Assembly: GCA_044345955.1 (NCBI GenBank)
Contig: JBIJAD010000001.1
Location: 1 to 55,154, forward strand
Direction: 5' to 3'
Length of the DNA stretch: 55,154 bases
Source of the DNA: Lysobacteraceae bacterium
Lineage (GTDB): Bacteria > Pseudomonadota > Gammaproteobacteria > Xanthomonadales > Xanthomonadaceae
The notes under the pieces were generated by a model. It did not search any database, had not been told where the DNA came from, and was given only the letters and a program-made list of their open reading frames with translations. The position numbers were made by a program, and so were the translations under genes. Shown one piece after another: positions 1-8,889 of the stretch (within the stretch, counting starts at the first letter, position 1; the number at the start of each line of letters is the position of its first letter).

Positions 1-14
1 CTGATCCGCGCCGG

Positions 15-896
15 TCAGTCGTCGTCTTCCTCGCCGCCGCCGCCGGTGCTCGCGATCAGCCGGCGCAGATGGAAATCGAGGGCGGCCGCACGCGCCTGGA
101 TCGAACCGGCATCGTTGTCCAACGCACCGCCGGCGCGCCAGCGATTGGCGATGGTGATCCCGGACTCGGTGGCGACACGCAGTTCCAGATCGTCCAGTTC
201 CTCGCGGGCGTCGGCGTATTCGCCTTCGAGAAACTCCTCGAAGCTCTCGTCCACATCCAGTTCCAGCGCCGCGCGGGTGAGCGGATCGATGCCGTCGTCG
301 CCGACCTCGCCGTTCAAGGCCGCATAGCTGTCGAGCACCGCCTGATACGGCGTGCGGTTGTCGGAGAGGATGATGAAGTCGGAGAAGCCGCCGGTGCGGG
401 CCCGGCTGCGGATGGACCCGGCGAACACGTCCTCGGTCAGATCGTAGAACGGCTGCCCGGCCGAAGCCTTGTAGAGGCGGTAGGGGGTATTCGGGGTGTA
501 GGACAACCGGGTCGTGTAGAGCTCGACCCGTGCGGCGTTGATGAATTCGAAGCCGCCCGCCGCGGGCGGATCGACCGACACCATGACCGGGAAGCCGGCC
601 GACACCGTGACCTGCCCGCCCGCCGGCAGCCGGGCCGCGAACGCCGGATCGGACGGGTTCACGATCTGCGCGCTGATCCCCAGATTCGCCGCGGTCAGCG
701 CGATCGGAGCTTCGAATTCGAGAAACAGGGTGCCGGTGTATTGCGGCACGGCCGGAGTGCCGCCAAGCGCGAAATCGGCGCGCGCGGTCGACGGGCCGGT
801 CACCGTGACGGTCACTGCGGCCTCGGCGGCGGCGCTGCAGAGGAGCAGGGCAGCAGCGAGGCCGAGGGCCCGGGGATACCGCGACGTGCGCTTCAT
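15..896 (-). CDS. Secreted hypothetical protein, 293 aa (resembles DUF6689-type proteins from memory)
   Basis: ATG at 896 with GAGGAG RBS; signal peptide MKRTSRYPRALGLAAALLLCSAAAEA; beta-rich N-terminal part then helical C-terminal part, acidic tail. Family name unverified. Confidence 0.8.
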   Translation of the reverse strand: MKRTSRYPRALGLAAALLLCSAAAEAAVTVTVTGPSTARADFALGGTPAVPQYTGTLFLEFEAPIALTAANLGISAQIVNPSDPAFAARLPAGGQVTVSAGFPVMVSVDPPAAGGFEFINAARVELYTTRLSYTPNTPYRLYKASAGQPFYDLTEDVFAGSIRSRARTGGFSDFIILSDNRTPYQAVLDSYAALNGEVGDDGIDPLTRAALELDVDESFEEFLEGEYADAREELDDLELRVATESGITIANRWRAGGALDNDAGSIQARAAALDFHLRRLIASTGGGGEEDDD

Positions 897-1304
897 GTTT
901 CCGCTCCTCATCTCGGGGAAGGATGGTTCCGGACGCCGCGATCCCCTGCAGCGCACCGGGGCCCACCATAGGGGGCCTGTCGTGGCGGAACACTGAACGG
1001 GACGCCGGCATGAGTAGAACGCCGATCGTCGCTGAGTGATTTCCCTCATCCGGCCGCTGCCCGGAACGGGGATCGACCGCGCAGGCGCCCCGGCCCGGCA
1101 TCGGAGGCCGACGCTCCGGACCGCGGAAGATCGATCGGTACCCCGGACAAGCCCATCCTGGACCTGTCGCGGGGCTCACGTAAGGCACCTCCGTATGCCG
1201 TGGCAACGCCGATGTCTGCGGCGCTGCCCGACGCGGTATCGAAGCGTCGACCCGGCGCTTGCCGATCCGTCGGTCCGGCATTTACCGGGGCGAAGCGGTC
1301 CGGA

Positions 1305-1856
1305 TCACAGACCGGCGCACTGGTCGACCTTGCTCGACGCGCTGTTGCCGCCGCCGACCGGCGCCGGATCGTTCTCCTTGCACTCCAGGCCGCTGGCGAT
1401 GACGTTGCGATACAGCGCGAGGCCGCCGAAGTTCTTCACCGCCTGCAGATTGCCGCCGATGGTGTTGTCCGAAGCCGTGATCGGCAGGACGTTCTCGTCG
1501 AACTGCAGATCGCCCTGGATCCGGCTGCCGGTGATGCTGGCGCCGCCGCCCTGCTTGATCTGCACGCTGCCGCCGACCTGCGAACCGGCACCGACCGTGA
1601 CCTGCAGCGCGCCTTCGGCCTGGATGTTGCCGTTGATGCGGACGCCGTTGGCCTGCACCGAGGCGCCGCGACCGACGCTGAGCGTGCCGAGCGCACGGGT
1701 GCCGTTGAGCGTGCACACGGCGTTGTCGGGGACACGGATGTTGTCGAACTGGCGCGGACCGAGCGTACCGCGGCAGATCCGTTCTTCGGCCATCGCCTGG
1801 AAGCTGACCGCGGCGAGCGCGAGCAGGGCGAGCGCGGAGGCATGTTGTTTGCGCAT
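1305..1856 (-). CDS. Secreted beta-solenoid-like hypothetical protein, 183 aa
   Basis: ATG at 1856 with GGAG RBS; signal peptide ending QAMA; repeating G-[NSD]-[ILV]-Q units (GNIQ, GSVQ, GDLQ, GNLQ); four Cys in two terminal pairs. Confidence 0.8.
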   Translation of the reverse strand: MRKQHASALALLALAAVSFQAMAEERICRGTLGPRQFDNIRVPDNAVCTLNGTRALGTLSVGRGASVQANGVRINGNIQAEGALQVTVGAGSQVGGSVQIKQGGGASITGSRIQGDLQFDENVLPITASDNTIGGNLQAVKNFGGLALYRNVIASGLECKENDPAPVGGGNSASSKVDQCAGL

Positions 1857-1889
1857 GATGGGATACTCCAGTTGGGATTGGGGGATGCA

Positions 1890-1931
1890 TCGGAGCGGAT
1901 GGCTCCGAAGGTCCACCGGACAGGGGTGTTC
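1890..1931 (-). promoter_or_regulatory. Possible ECF/sigmaE-like promoter with overlapping 7-bp inverted repeat
   Basis: Minus strand GAACAC-N17-TCGGA (1931-1904); inverted repeat TCGGAGC-N5-GCTCCGA at 1890-1908. Confidence 0.25.
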
Positions 1932-2091
1932 AGGGGAATCCGGCAGACGCATGCACCATGCGGCCCGCACGACGCAGCGGGCCACCGCGTTTCGTGCCTT
2001 CGAGTGATATTCCCCGGCCGACTGAGTAATACGCCGGGGATGCCCGCGCGGCGGGTCCGCCGCGCGGCATGCGCAAGTCGTGAACCTGCGC

Positions 2092-2538
2092 TCAGCGCCC
2101 CTCGCGCACCGTCCCGCTGCGCACGTCCACGATCACCGTCGGACATTGCGGATTGCCGCCGAAGACGAATTCGGGGCCGCCGCCGGGCCCGGCACGCAGG
2201 GTCACGCTGAGGTAGGGATCGATCCAGGCCGCGTCTTCCTTGAGGTTGTCGGCCTCGGCCAGGCCCATGTCGATCGGCCATTCCATCGGCGGCGGGAGCG
2301 GCGGCGGCGGGTCCAGCCGGCGCAACTGACCGAATTCGCCGTAGCCGGTTTCCTCCAGCGCCAGCACCGTGCCGTCGGCCGTGCGGAACAGCGCCTTGAG
2401 CCGGTCCAGCGCCATCGGCGTGGTGGTCGGACCGGTGGAAGCGCTGGCGACCACCACATGCAGGCGGGCATCGGGAAATCGCGCCTTCGCCTGAGCGAAG
2501 GCGACCGCGATCCGTTCGTTGAAGGTGCCGATGGCCAT
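2092..2538 (-). CDS. Hypothetical protein, 148 aa
   Basis: ATG at 2538 with GGGGA RBS; MAIGTFNERIAV...; internal poly-Pro tract; protein-like composition. Confidence 0.65.
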   Translation of the reverse strand: MAIGTFNERIAVAFAQAKARFPDARLHVVVASASTGPTTTPMALDRLKALFRTADGTVLALEETGYGEFGQLRRLDPPPPLPPPMEWPIDMGLAEADNLKEDAAWIDPYLSVTLRAGPGGGPEFVFGGNPQCPTVIVDVRSGTVREGR

Positions 2539-2814
2539 CGTGGCGTCCCCTGTGCCGATGACGACGCGGCATCCGGCCGCGACGGGTGGCCGGGAGCGGG
2601 AACCGCGGCGGCAGCGGCGGGATCGCAGGTGTGCGATGCCGGAGCGGCTGCGGCCGTCACGCCCCCGGGCCATGACGCACCCGGTCGATGGACCGGGTCG
2701 CGGCCACGATAGCGCAAAAAAAGCGACGCGTCGCACATTCGGCGGTGGTCACGGGCCACGGCTATCATCCGGGTTCGTCATCGGTGCCGCGCCTTGCGGC
2801 AGGTCGCGGCAGCA

Positions 2815-5097
2815 ATGGTCAGGGACGTGAATCCGGGGCAGCAGGGCGCAACGGCAACGCAGGCGGGCACCGACGCGAAAGCGGCGGAAGCCGAACTGCA
2901 GACCTTCGCCCGCGGCATCGACCGCGCGCTGCGCCGGCGCTACGCCACGCTCGGCATGCAGCGCCTGCTGCGCCGGCCGCGGCATTGGCGCGAACAGGGC
3001 CGGCGGGTGTCGCTCGGCGCACTTTCGCCCTGGCTGCTGCTCGCCGCGGCGCTGCTGCTCGGCGCCGCGCTGCTCGCCCCGCATCTGCCGCGGCTGTGGC
3101 CGGGCTTTCCCTGGCGCGACGCGCTGCCGCAGCATCCCCTGCTCTGGGCCGGGCTCGCGATCGCCGCGCTGTTCGCGCTGGAACGCCTGCTGCTGCCGCG
3201 TCTGCTGTTGTTCCGCCACCGCTTCCGGCTGATGCGGCTGGAAGCCGCCGACGGCGATCCCGCCTTCCCGCACGTCTATCGGATCGCGCCGGTGCGGCAT
3301 GCGCCGACCGGCTTCGATCTGCAGGCCTGGAAGCCGATGCGCGGCATGGCCCCGGGCGATCTGGCGATCTCGATCAGCGACGCCCACGACCGCGGCCTGG
3401 CGCTGATCCCGCTGCGCACCGTCGGCCGCCTGCCGGTGCTGGTCTGGGATCGCGATCTGCTGCAGCACGATGCGTTTCCCCCGCTGCCCGACGACGTGCG
3501 CCGGCTGGCCGAAGCTTTCGACCGCGCCTGCTCGCTGGACGCGCAGCATGGCGAGCGGCTCGCGCGCGAACGGGCGCTGCGCGGCGCCGGCCACCTGCGC
3601 CCCGCGGCCGATCCGCAGCGGGTCTGGGCCGAGGTCGCGCTGGCGCCGGCGGTGAAGACCCGGTTGATCGATCTGGCCGCGCATTTCGCCGCCGGCAGCG
3701 CCTCCGCCACCCGCGGCCTGCTGCTGTACGGCCCGCCCGGCACCGGCAAGACCACCATCGCCCGCGCCTTCGCCGACAGCATGGGCTGCGCGTTCTTTCC
3801 GCTGTCGCTGGCGGACCTGAAATCCGGCCACGTCGGCCAGAGCGGCGAGAACGTGCAGGCGCTGTGGCGCAAGGCCCGCGCCGAAGCGCGCACGGTGATC
3901 TTCGTCGACGAATGCGAGGCGGTGTTCGGCCGCCGCGGCGGCATCGGCAGCGACGGCGCGATCGAGGAGATCGTCGCCGCCTTCCTCGCGCAGTGGGACG
4001 GATTCGAACGCCAGACCCACGTCTGGGTGGTCGGCGCCACCAATCGCCGCGATCTGATCGACCCGGCGCTGCTGTCGCGTTTCGAGGAACAGGTCGAAAT
4101 CGGTCTGCCCGATGGCGCGATGCGGCTGCAACTGCTCGCCGGCGCCTTCACCCGACTCGGCATCCCGCCGCCGCTGCCGGCGCAGACCGTGGAGCTGACC
4201 GTGGGCTTGTCCGGGCGCGATCTCGATGCGCTGGCCAAGCGCGCCGCGCGCGAGCACGGCACCCGCACGCCGCTGTCCGACGAGGCGCTGGCCGCGCTGA
4301 CCACGGCGATGCGTCGGCAGGGCTCGACCGCGACCGATGCCGGCGCCGGCTGGGACAGTCTGGTATTGGCCGAATCCACCCTGCAGGAGCTCAAGACCCT
4401 CGCCGGCCTGCTGCAGCACGCCGAGACCTTCCGCAAACGCGGTATCGGCGTGCCGCGCGGGCTGCTGCTGTACGGGCCGCCCGGCACCGGCAAGACCCAG
4501 ATCGCGCGCACCCTCGCCAACGAAACCGGGCTGCGCTTCATCGCCGCCTCCACCGCCGACATCAAGCAGGGCTACCTCGGACAGAGCGGACAGAAGGTGC
4601 GCGAGTTGTTCGAGCGCGCGCGCGAAGCGGCACCGGCGCTGCTGTTCATCGACGAAATCGACATCGTCGCCGCCGCGCGCGGCGACGCCAGCGACGCGAT
4701 CCAGACCGAGATCGTCGGCCAGTTGCTGCAGGAGATGGACGGCATCGTCGCCCGGCCGCAGCCGGTGTTCGTGCTGGCCGCGACCAACCGCCGCGACCGC
4801 ATCGACGCCGCCGTGCTGTCGCGACTGCCGCGGCAGATCGAGATCCCGCCGCCGGATCGCGACGGTATCGAACGGCTGCTGCGGCTGATGCTGCAGGGCA
4901 AGCCGTTGGCCTTCGATCCCGACAGCGTGGTGCCTGCGCTCGCCGCCCGCGTCGCAGGTCGCAGCGGCCGCGACCTGCGCGGCTGGGTCGAGGCCGCCGA
5001 ACACCGCGCCGTGGCCCGCGCGATCGCCGCCGGCGATCCCGACGCGGTCGCGATCGAGCTGGACGATTTCGACAGCAGTCCCGGGGGCGGCACATGA
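2815..5097 (+). CDS. Membrane-anchored tandem AAA+ ATPase (CDC48/p97-like D1-D2)
   Basis: Two Walker A motifs GPPGTGKT; Walker B VIFVDE and LLFIDE; two SRH regions (GATNRRDLIDPALLSRF, AATNRRDRIDAAVLSRL); two N-terminal hydrophobic helices; start uncertain (2794 or 2815). Confidence 0.9.
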   Translation: MVRDVNPGQQGATATQAGTDAKAAEAELQTFARGIDRALRRRYATLGMQRLLRRPRHWREQGRRVSLGALSPWLLLAAALLLGAALLAPHLPRLWPGFPWRDALPQHPLLWAGLAIAALFALERLLLPRLLLFRHRFRLMRLEAADGDPAFPHVYRIAPVRHAPTGFDLQAWKPMRGMAPGDLAISISDAHDRGLALIPLRTVGRLPVLVWDRDLLQHDAFPPLPDDVRRLAEAFDRACSLDAQHGERLARERALRGAGHLRPAADPQRVWAEVALAPAVKTRLIDLAAHFAAGSASATRGLLLYGPPGTGKTTIARAFADSMGCAFFPLSLADLKSGHVGQSGENVQALWRKARAEARTVIFVDECEAVFGRRGGIGSDGAIEEIVAAFLAQWDGFERQTHVWVVGATNRRDLIDPALLSRFEEQVEIGLPDGAMRLQLLAGAFTRLGIPPPLPAQTVELTVGLSGRDLDALAKRAAREHGTRTPLSDEALAALTTAMRRQGSTATDAGAGWDSLVLAESTLQELKTLAGLLQHAETFRKRGIGVPRGLLLYGPPGTGKTQIARTLANETGLRFIAASTADIKQGYLGQSGQKVRELFERAREAAPALLFIDEIDIVAAARGDASDAIQTEIVGQLLQEMDGIVARPQPVFVLAATNRRDRIDAAVLSRLPRQIEIPPPDRDGIERLLRLMLQGKPLAFDPDSVVPALAARVAGRSGRDLRGWVEAAEHRAVARAIAAGDPDAVAIELDDFDSSPGGGT

Positions 5098-5153
5098 GCG
5101 ACTGCGGGCAATGCGCGATGATGGGGCGCATTCGCCGAGCCACGAGGTCGTTC

Positions 5154-5705
5154 ATGCCCGCGCACCGCCATTTCGCCGTCAGCGCACTCGCCGCCGTCCT
5201 GCTGCTGTCGGCCTGCGCCCGCACACCGCCGCCGGCCGCGCCCGTCGCCGCCGCCGCGGAGAACCCCGCGCCGATGCTGCATGCGGCCGGCAGCAAACCG
5301 GCGCGAAGCCCGGTGCCGCGCAGCGCCCCGCGCATCCTGGTCCACAAGACCCCGACCTGCGGCTGCTGCAAGGTATGGGTCGAGCATCTGATCGCCGACG
5401 GCTTCGCGGTCGAGGTCCGCGACGTCGACGATCTCGGCCCGATCAAGACCGAGGTCGGCGTCCCGCCCGGCAAGGGCTCCTGCCACACCGCCGAGGTCGA
5501 GGGCTATTTCGTCGAAGGCCATGTCCCCGCCGAGGACATCCGCCGCCTGCTCGCCGAACGCCCGGACGCCCGCGGCATCACCGTGCCCGGCATGCCGCTG
5601 GGCTCGCCCGGCATGGAAGTCCCGGGCGGCCGGGTCGAACCCTACACCGTCGAATTGGTGCGCAAGGACGGCAGCACCACTGCCTGGGCGCAGCACGGCC
5701 GATGA
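5154..5705 (+). CDS. DUF411 (CopG-like) metal-binding lipoprotein
   Basis: GAGG RBS; lipobox LSAC; motifs PTCGCC..W..HL, SCHTA, EGHVPA, VPGMPLGSPGME. Confidence 0.9.
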   Translation: MPAHRHFAVSALAAVLLLSACARTPPPAAPVAAAAENPAPMLHAAGSKPARSPVPRSAPRILVHKTPTCGCCKVWVEHLIADGFAVEVRDVDDLGPIKTEVGVPPGKGSCHTAEVEGYFVEGHVPAEDIRRLLAERPDARGITVPGMPLGSPGMEVPGGRVEPYTVELVRKDGSTTAWAQHGR

Positions 5706-5721
5706 GCGTGCGGGCGGCCGG

Positions 5722-7674
5722 CTAGCCCGGCAGGAACACCTGCCAGCGCAGCAGGAAGCCGATCAGGCCCAGGTTGGCCGCCGCGATGCAGGCCAGCCAC
5801 AGGTGGAAGCGCCGTCGCCCGCCGCCGTGGCGCCAGGCCCGCACCAGGGCAAACACCGACAGGCCGGTGAGCAGGACCAGCGATACCGCCAGTGCGGCCA
5901 ACGCGTAACCCGCCACCGGAAGACCGAACAGCAGCGATGCGGGCGCGGCGCTGGTGATGACGCTCGCCAGCAGCGCACACAATCCAGCGAAGACGACAAT
6001 GCCGGCCACCAGCCCGGCCAGGCCCAGCGTCCGCGCACGGCGGTCGAACGGATGCATCGGCTCCACCGACGCGCGCCGACCGCGCAGTCTGCGATACACC
6101 GCCGCGACCGGCAGGCCCAGGACCAGCAGCGCATACATCAGCGCCAGCAGGCCGAACCAGAGCAGCGGCAACGTCGAACGCGGCAGCACGATGGCTTCGA
6201 GCCAGTTGCGCGGCCACGCGCTGCGATACACGTCGCCGGCCCACGACACCGGCCGCAGGGCCCGGGTGCAGGCGAGCGGGCGATCGTCGCCCGACAGGAA
6301 GGCGACCATGCTCGCGCGTGCGCAGTCGTCCGCAAGGCTCGGCGTGTGGCCGCTCGCGGGGATCTCCAGATGACGCGCATGCGGCCAGCGTCGTGCGAGT
6401 GCCCGGCCGTAGTCCGCTGCGGTGATGGGGTCCAGAGCGCCGGCGACGACCAGCACCGGACCGGCCGGCGGGCGGGGGGCGACCGGCGTCGCGTCGCCGC
6501 CGAACATTCCCAGTGTATCGAGCAACTGCAGGTCCTGCGCGAAAAAAACCAGCGCGCCCGGCGCGGGCGCCGGGCGCCGCTCGGCATGCACGCGCGGCAA
6601 CTCGTCGTTGCCCAGCACCAGATAGTAGGTCGCGAAGTTCAGACCGCTGACGCGCATGCCGACAGCCACGTCGAACAACAGCGCCAGCGGCGCAGGATTG
6701 CCCTCGTGCAGTGCCTCGATCATCAGCGGAAGCGTCGGAATCAGCTCGTCGCCGTACAGCAATTGCTGCATCAGCAGCGAGAAATCCTGGGCATTGAGCG
6801 ATACCGTGTCCTCCGGGTAACGGCCACCCGGCAGATGCAGACGGATGGGCCGGGCCTGCAGCGTCGCCAGCACTTCGTGGTAATGCCGGCGAAAATCCGG
6901 GAAACGTGCGTGGCAGGCGGGCGAGGCTTCGCACCCGGCGAAGGCGCGCGCGAGGGCGGCGTCGAAATTGCGCGCGATCGCGGGATAGTAGGCGTGCTCC
7001 GGCGCCACCGAATCGAGCACCAGCCGATCCAGATGCCCGGGGTGGGCGGCGGCGTACGCGGTCGCGACCCGGGTGCCGTAGGACACCGCGAACAGGCTCA
7101 CGCGTTCGTAGCCGAACATGCGCCGGATGGCGTCGATGTCGCGCGCCATGTGCGGCGTGTCGAACACGCTGCGCAGCGGAGCCGGCATCGTCGTCAGACA
7201 GCGGCGCACCCGCTGCGTACGCTCCCGCAATTCTTCTGCCGCCGGGATGTCCCGGGCGATCAGCGACAGCACTTCCGCGCCCAGCTCCGGACACGGCAGC
7301 GGCGTCGATTGCCCGGTACCGCGGGCGTCGAACAGGATCAGATCGTGCCGCTCGCGCAGGGGATGCGCGAGCCAGTCGCCGACATCGGCGACGCCGCGGC
7401 CGCCGGGGCCACCGTTGACGAACACCACCGGCGCCTCCCGACTGGCCGGGTCCTTGCGCAGCAGACGCAGGGCGGGCACGCGGATGGCAACGTCGACGCC
7501 GGGCTCGGCAGCCACCACCGTGCCGCAGTCCATGCGTTCGGGATCGAACCAGTCCTTCCCGCGGAAGGGGCAGGCGTCGGCCTCGAAACTGTAGCGGGTG
7601 GTGGCGAGGCCTGACGCCGAGGCGCAGGCCGAGACGCCCAGCCACAGCAGGATGCAGAGAATGAAAGGGTTCAT
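5722..7674 (-). CDS. Exported alpha/beta-hydrolase (TAP/S33-like) with about four C-terminal TM helices, 650 aa
   Basis: Signal peptide or lipobox (MNPFILCILLWLGVSAC); NGGPGG, FDARGTG, nucleophile AVSYG, Asp in GALDPIT, His in SGHTP; hydrophobic C-terminus. Confidence 0.85.
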   Translation of the reverse strand: MNPFILCILLWLGVSACASASGLATTRYSFEADACPFRGKDWFDPERMDCGTVVAAEPGVDVAIRVPALRLLRKDPASREAPVVFVNGGPGGRGVADVGDWLAHPLRERHDLILFDARGTGQSTPLPCPELGAEVLSLIARDIPAAEELRERTQRVRRCLTTMPAPLRSVFDTPHMARDIDAIRRMFGYERVSLFAVSYGTRVATAYAAAHPGHLDRLVLDSVAPEHAYYPAIARNFDAALARAFAGCEASPACHARFPDFRRHYHEVLATLQARPIRLHLPGGRYPEDTVSLNAQDFSLLMQQLLYGDELIPTLPLMIEALHEGNPAPLALLFDVAVGMRVSGLNFATYYLVLGNDELPRVHAERRPAPAPGALVFFAQDLQLLDTLGMFGGDATPVAPRPPAGPVLVVAGALDPITAADYGRALARRWPHARHLEIPASGHTPSLADDCARASMVAFLSGDDRPLACTRALRPVSWAGDVYRSAWPRNWLEAIVLPRSTLPLLWFGLLALMYALLVLGLPVAAVYRRLRGRRASVEPMHPFDRRARTLGLAGLVAGIVVFAGLCALLASVITSAAPASLLFGLPVAGYALAALAVSLVLLTGLSVFALVRAWRHGGGRRRFHLWLACIAAANLGLIGFLLRWQVFLPG

Positions 7675-7847
7675 GGTGGACCCGCTTGTCACGGAGTTGG
7701 GGTGACGCCGCGAGTGGCGACGCCTCGGCAGGCTGTCGACCGACCGCCTGCGGACGCAGCCGGAGCGGGCTGCGACGACAGACCGCACTGCGTGCGCGCA
7801 CCGGCGGCGCCGCGCCGGGCGCGACGCCTCACCGGCATGCGATCGCC

Positions 7848-8801
7848 TCAGGCCGCGCTCGAGGCGCTCGCCTCGCGGCGGAACAGGCCCTTGAGCCGAT
7901 AGACGCACTGCCCGAGCAGACTCGCCGTGCCCCAGTACAACAGCACCAGCATCGCGGCACTGGGTCGCGAGAAGGTCTGCCGCCACATCTCGCGCACCGG
8001 CGCGTAGCTGAGGTCGGAGATCTTGTGCACGGGCGAACGCCAGCAGTAGGTCAGGGTCGCTCCGGCGACGTGATCGATCGGCTGCACGCCATGCCACCAG
8101 TTCGGCGGGATGTACAGCGCGTCGCCGGCATCGACGTCGGCCACGATCGGTCGCAGCTTGCGCGCCAGCTCTCCGAAGGCATCGGGATCGTCCAGATAAC
8201 TGTCGGTCCTGAAGATGTCCCTGAGCTGCTCGTAGGTGCCGTCGTTGGTCGGCAGCAGCGCCACGCGCTTGCAGCCGTGGATCTGGCACATCAGGGTCTC
8301 GTCGATGGTGTGGGTGTGCCAGCCGGAGCCTGCACCGCGGTACATGAAGGCGCGTGCGCGCGGGTAGAAGAGCGGCGGTTTGGGCGACGGCACGAAGCGC
8401 ACGCCGGGGATGTCGTCGCGCAGGTCGGTGAACTTGCTGTTCTGCGACTCGATCCGGACCGGCAGGAAGATGACCCGGTCGTCCTGGGCGTGCAACTCGT
8501 CCAGTGCGTTCTCGAATTTCTGCGGGATCGCGGTGGCCTTCATCCGCGCCGCATCGGAGAAGTACAGGTTGGGGTAGAGGTTCACGTCGTTGTGACCGAC
8601 GCGATCCTTGAGGTACTGCTTGTCGGTCCAACGCTGCATGGCCGGCCAGTGGCGGATCGCGCCCTTGACCAGTACCGGCACGTTGCGGTCGACCCAGGTC
8701 CGCCGGAACTCGGCTTCGGTCAGGCTGTCGGCCTGCACCACCGCCACCGGTCGGGCGTCCTTCATGCCCGGAATATTGCAAAGAATGCGCTCATCGATCA
8801 T
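7848..8801 (-). CDS. JmjC/cupin-like Fe(II)/2-oxoglutarate oxygenase, 317 aa
   Basis: GGAG RBS; EFRRTWVDRNVPVLVKGAIRHWPAMQRWT, QIHGCKRVALL, GDALYIPPNWWHGV; first metal motif is HTH. Confidence 0.88.
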   Translation of the reverse strand: MIDERILCNIPGMKDARPVAVVQADSLTEAEFRRTWVDRNVPVLVKGAIRHWPAMQRWTDKQYLKDRVGHNDVNLYPNLYFSDAARMKATAIPQKFENALDELHAQDDRVIFLPVRIESQNSKFTDLRDDIPGVRFVPSPKPPLFYPRARAFMYRGAGSGWHTHTIDETLMCQIHGCKRVALLPTNDGTYEQLRDIFRTDSYLDDPDAFGELARKLRPIVADVDAGDALYIPPNWWHGVQPIDHVAGATLTYCWRSPVHKISDLSYAPVREMWRQTFSRPSAAMLVLLYWGTASLLGQCVYRLKGLFRREASASSAA

Positions 8802-8889
8802 TTCATTTCTCCACGATTGATTACATGATGATGCGGTTGCCGGCGCGGGCGACCGACGCTCGCCCGTGCGGAGACCGCGATTTCCCTGT

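Noticed and set aside
5094-5153. Longer DUF411 start (MSDCGQC..., overlapping the AAA stop)
   Set aside because: ATG 5154 has a GAGG RBS and gives a normal-length lipoprotein signal.
7675-7847. GC hairpins between the JmjC and hydrolase genes as a terminator or ncRNA
   Set aside because: No U-tract, and such stems are expected by chance at this GC content.
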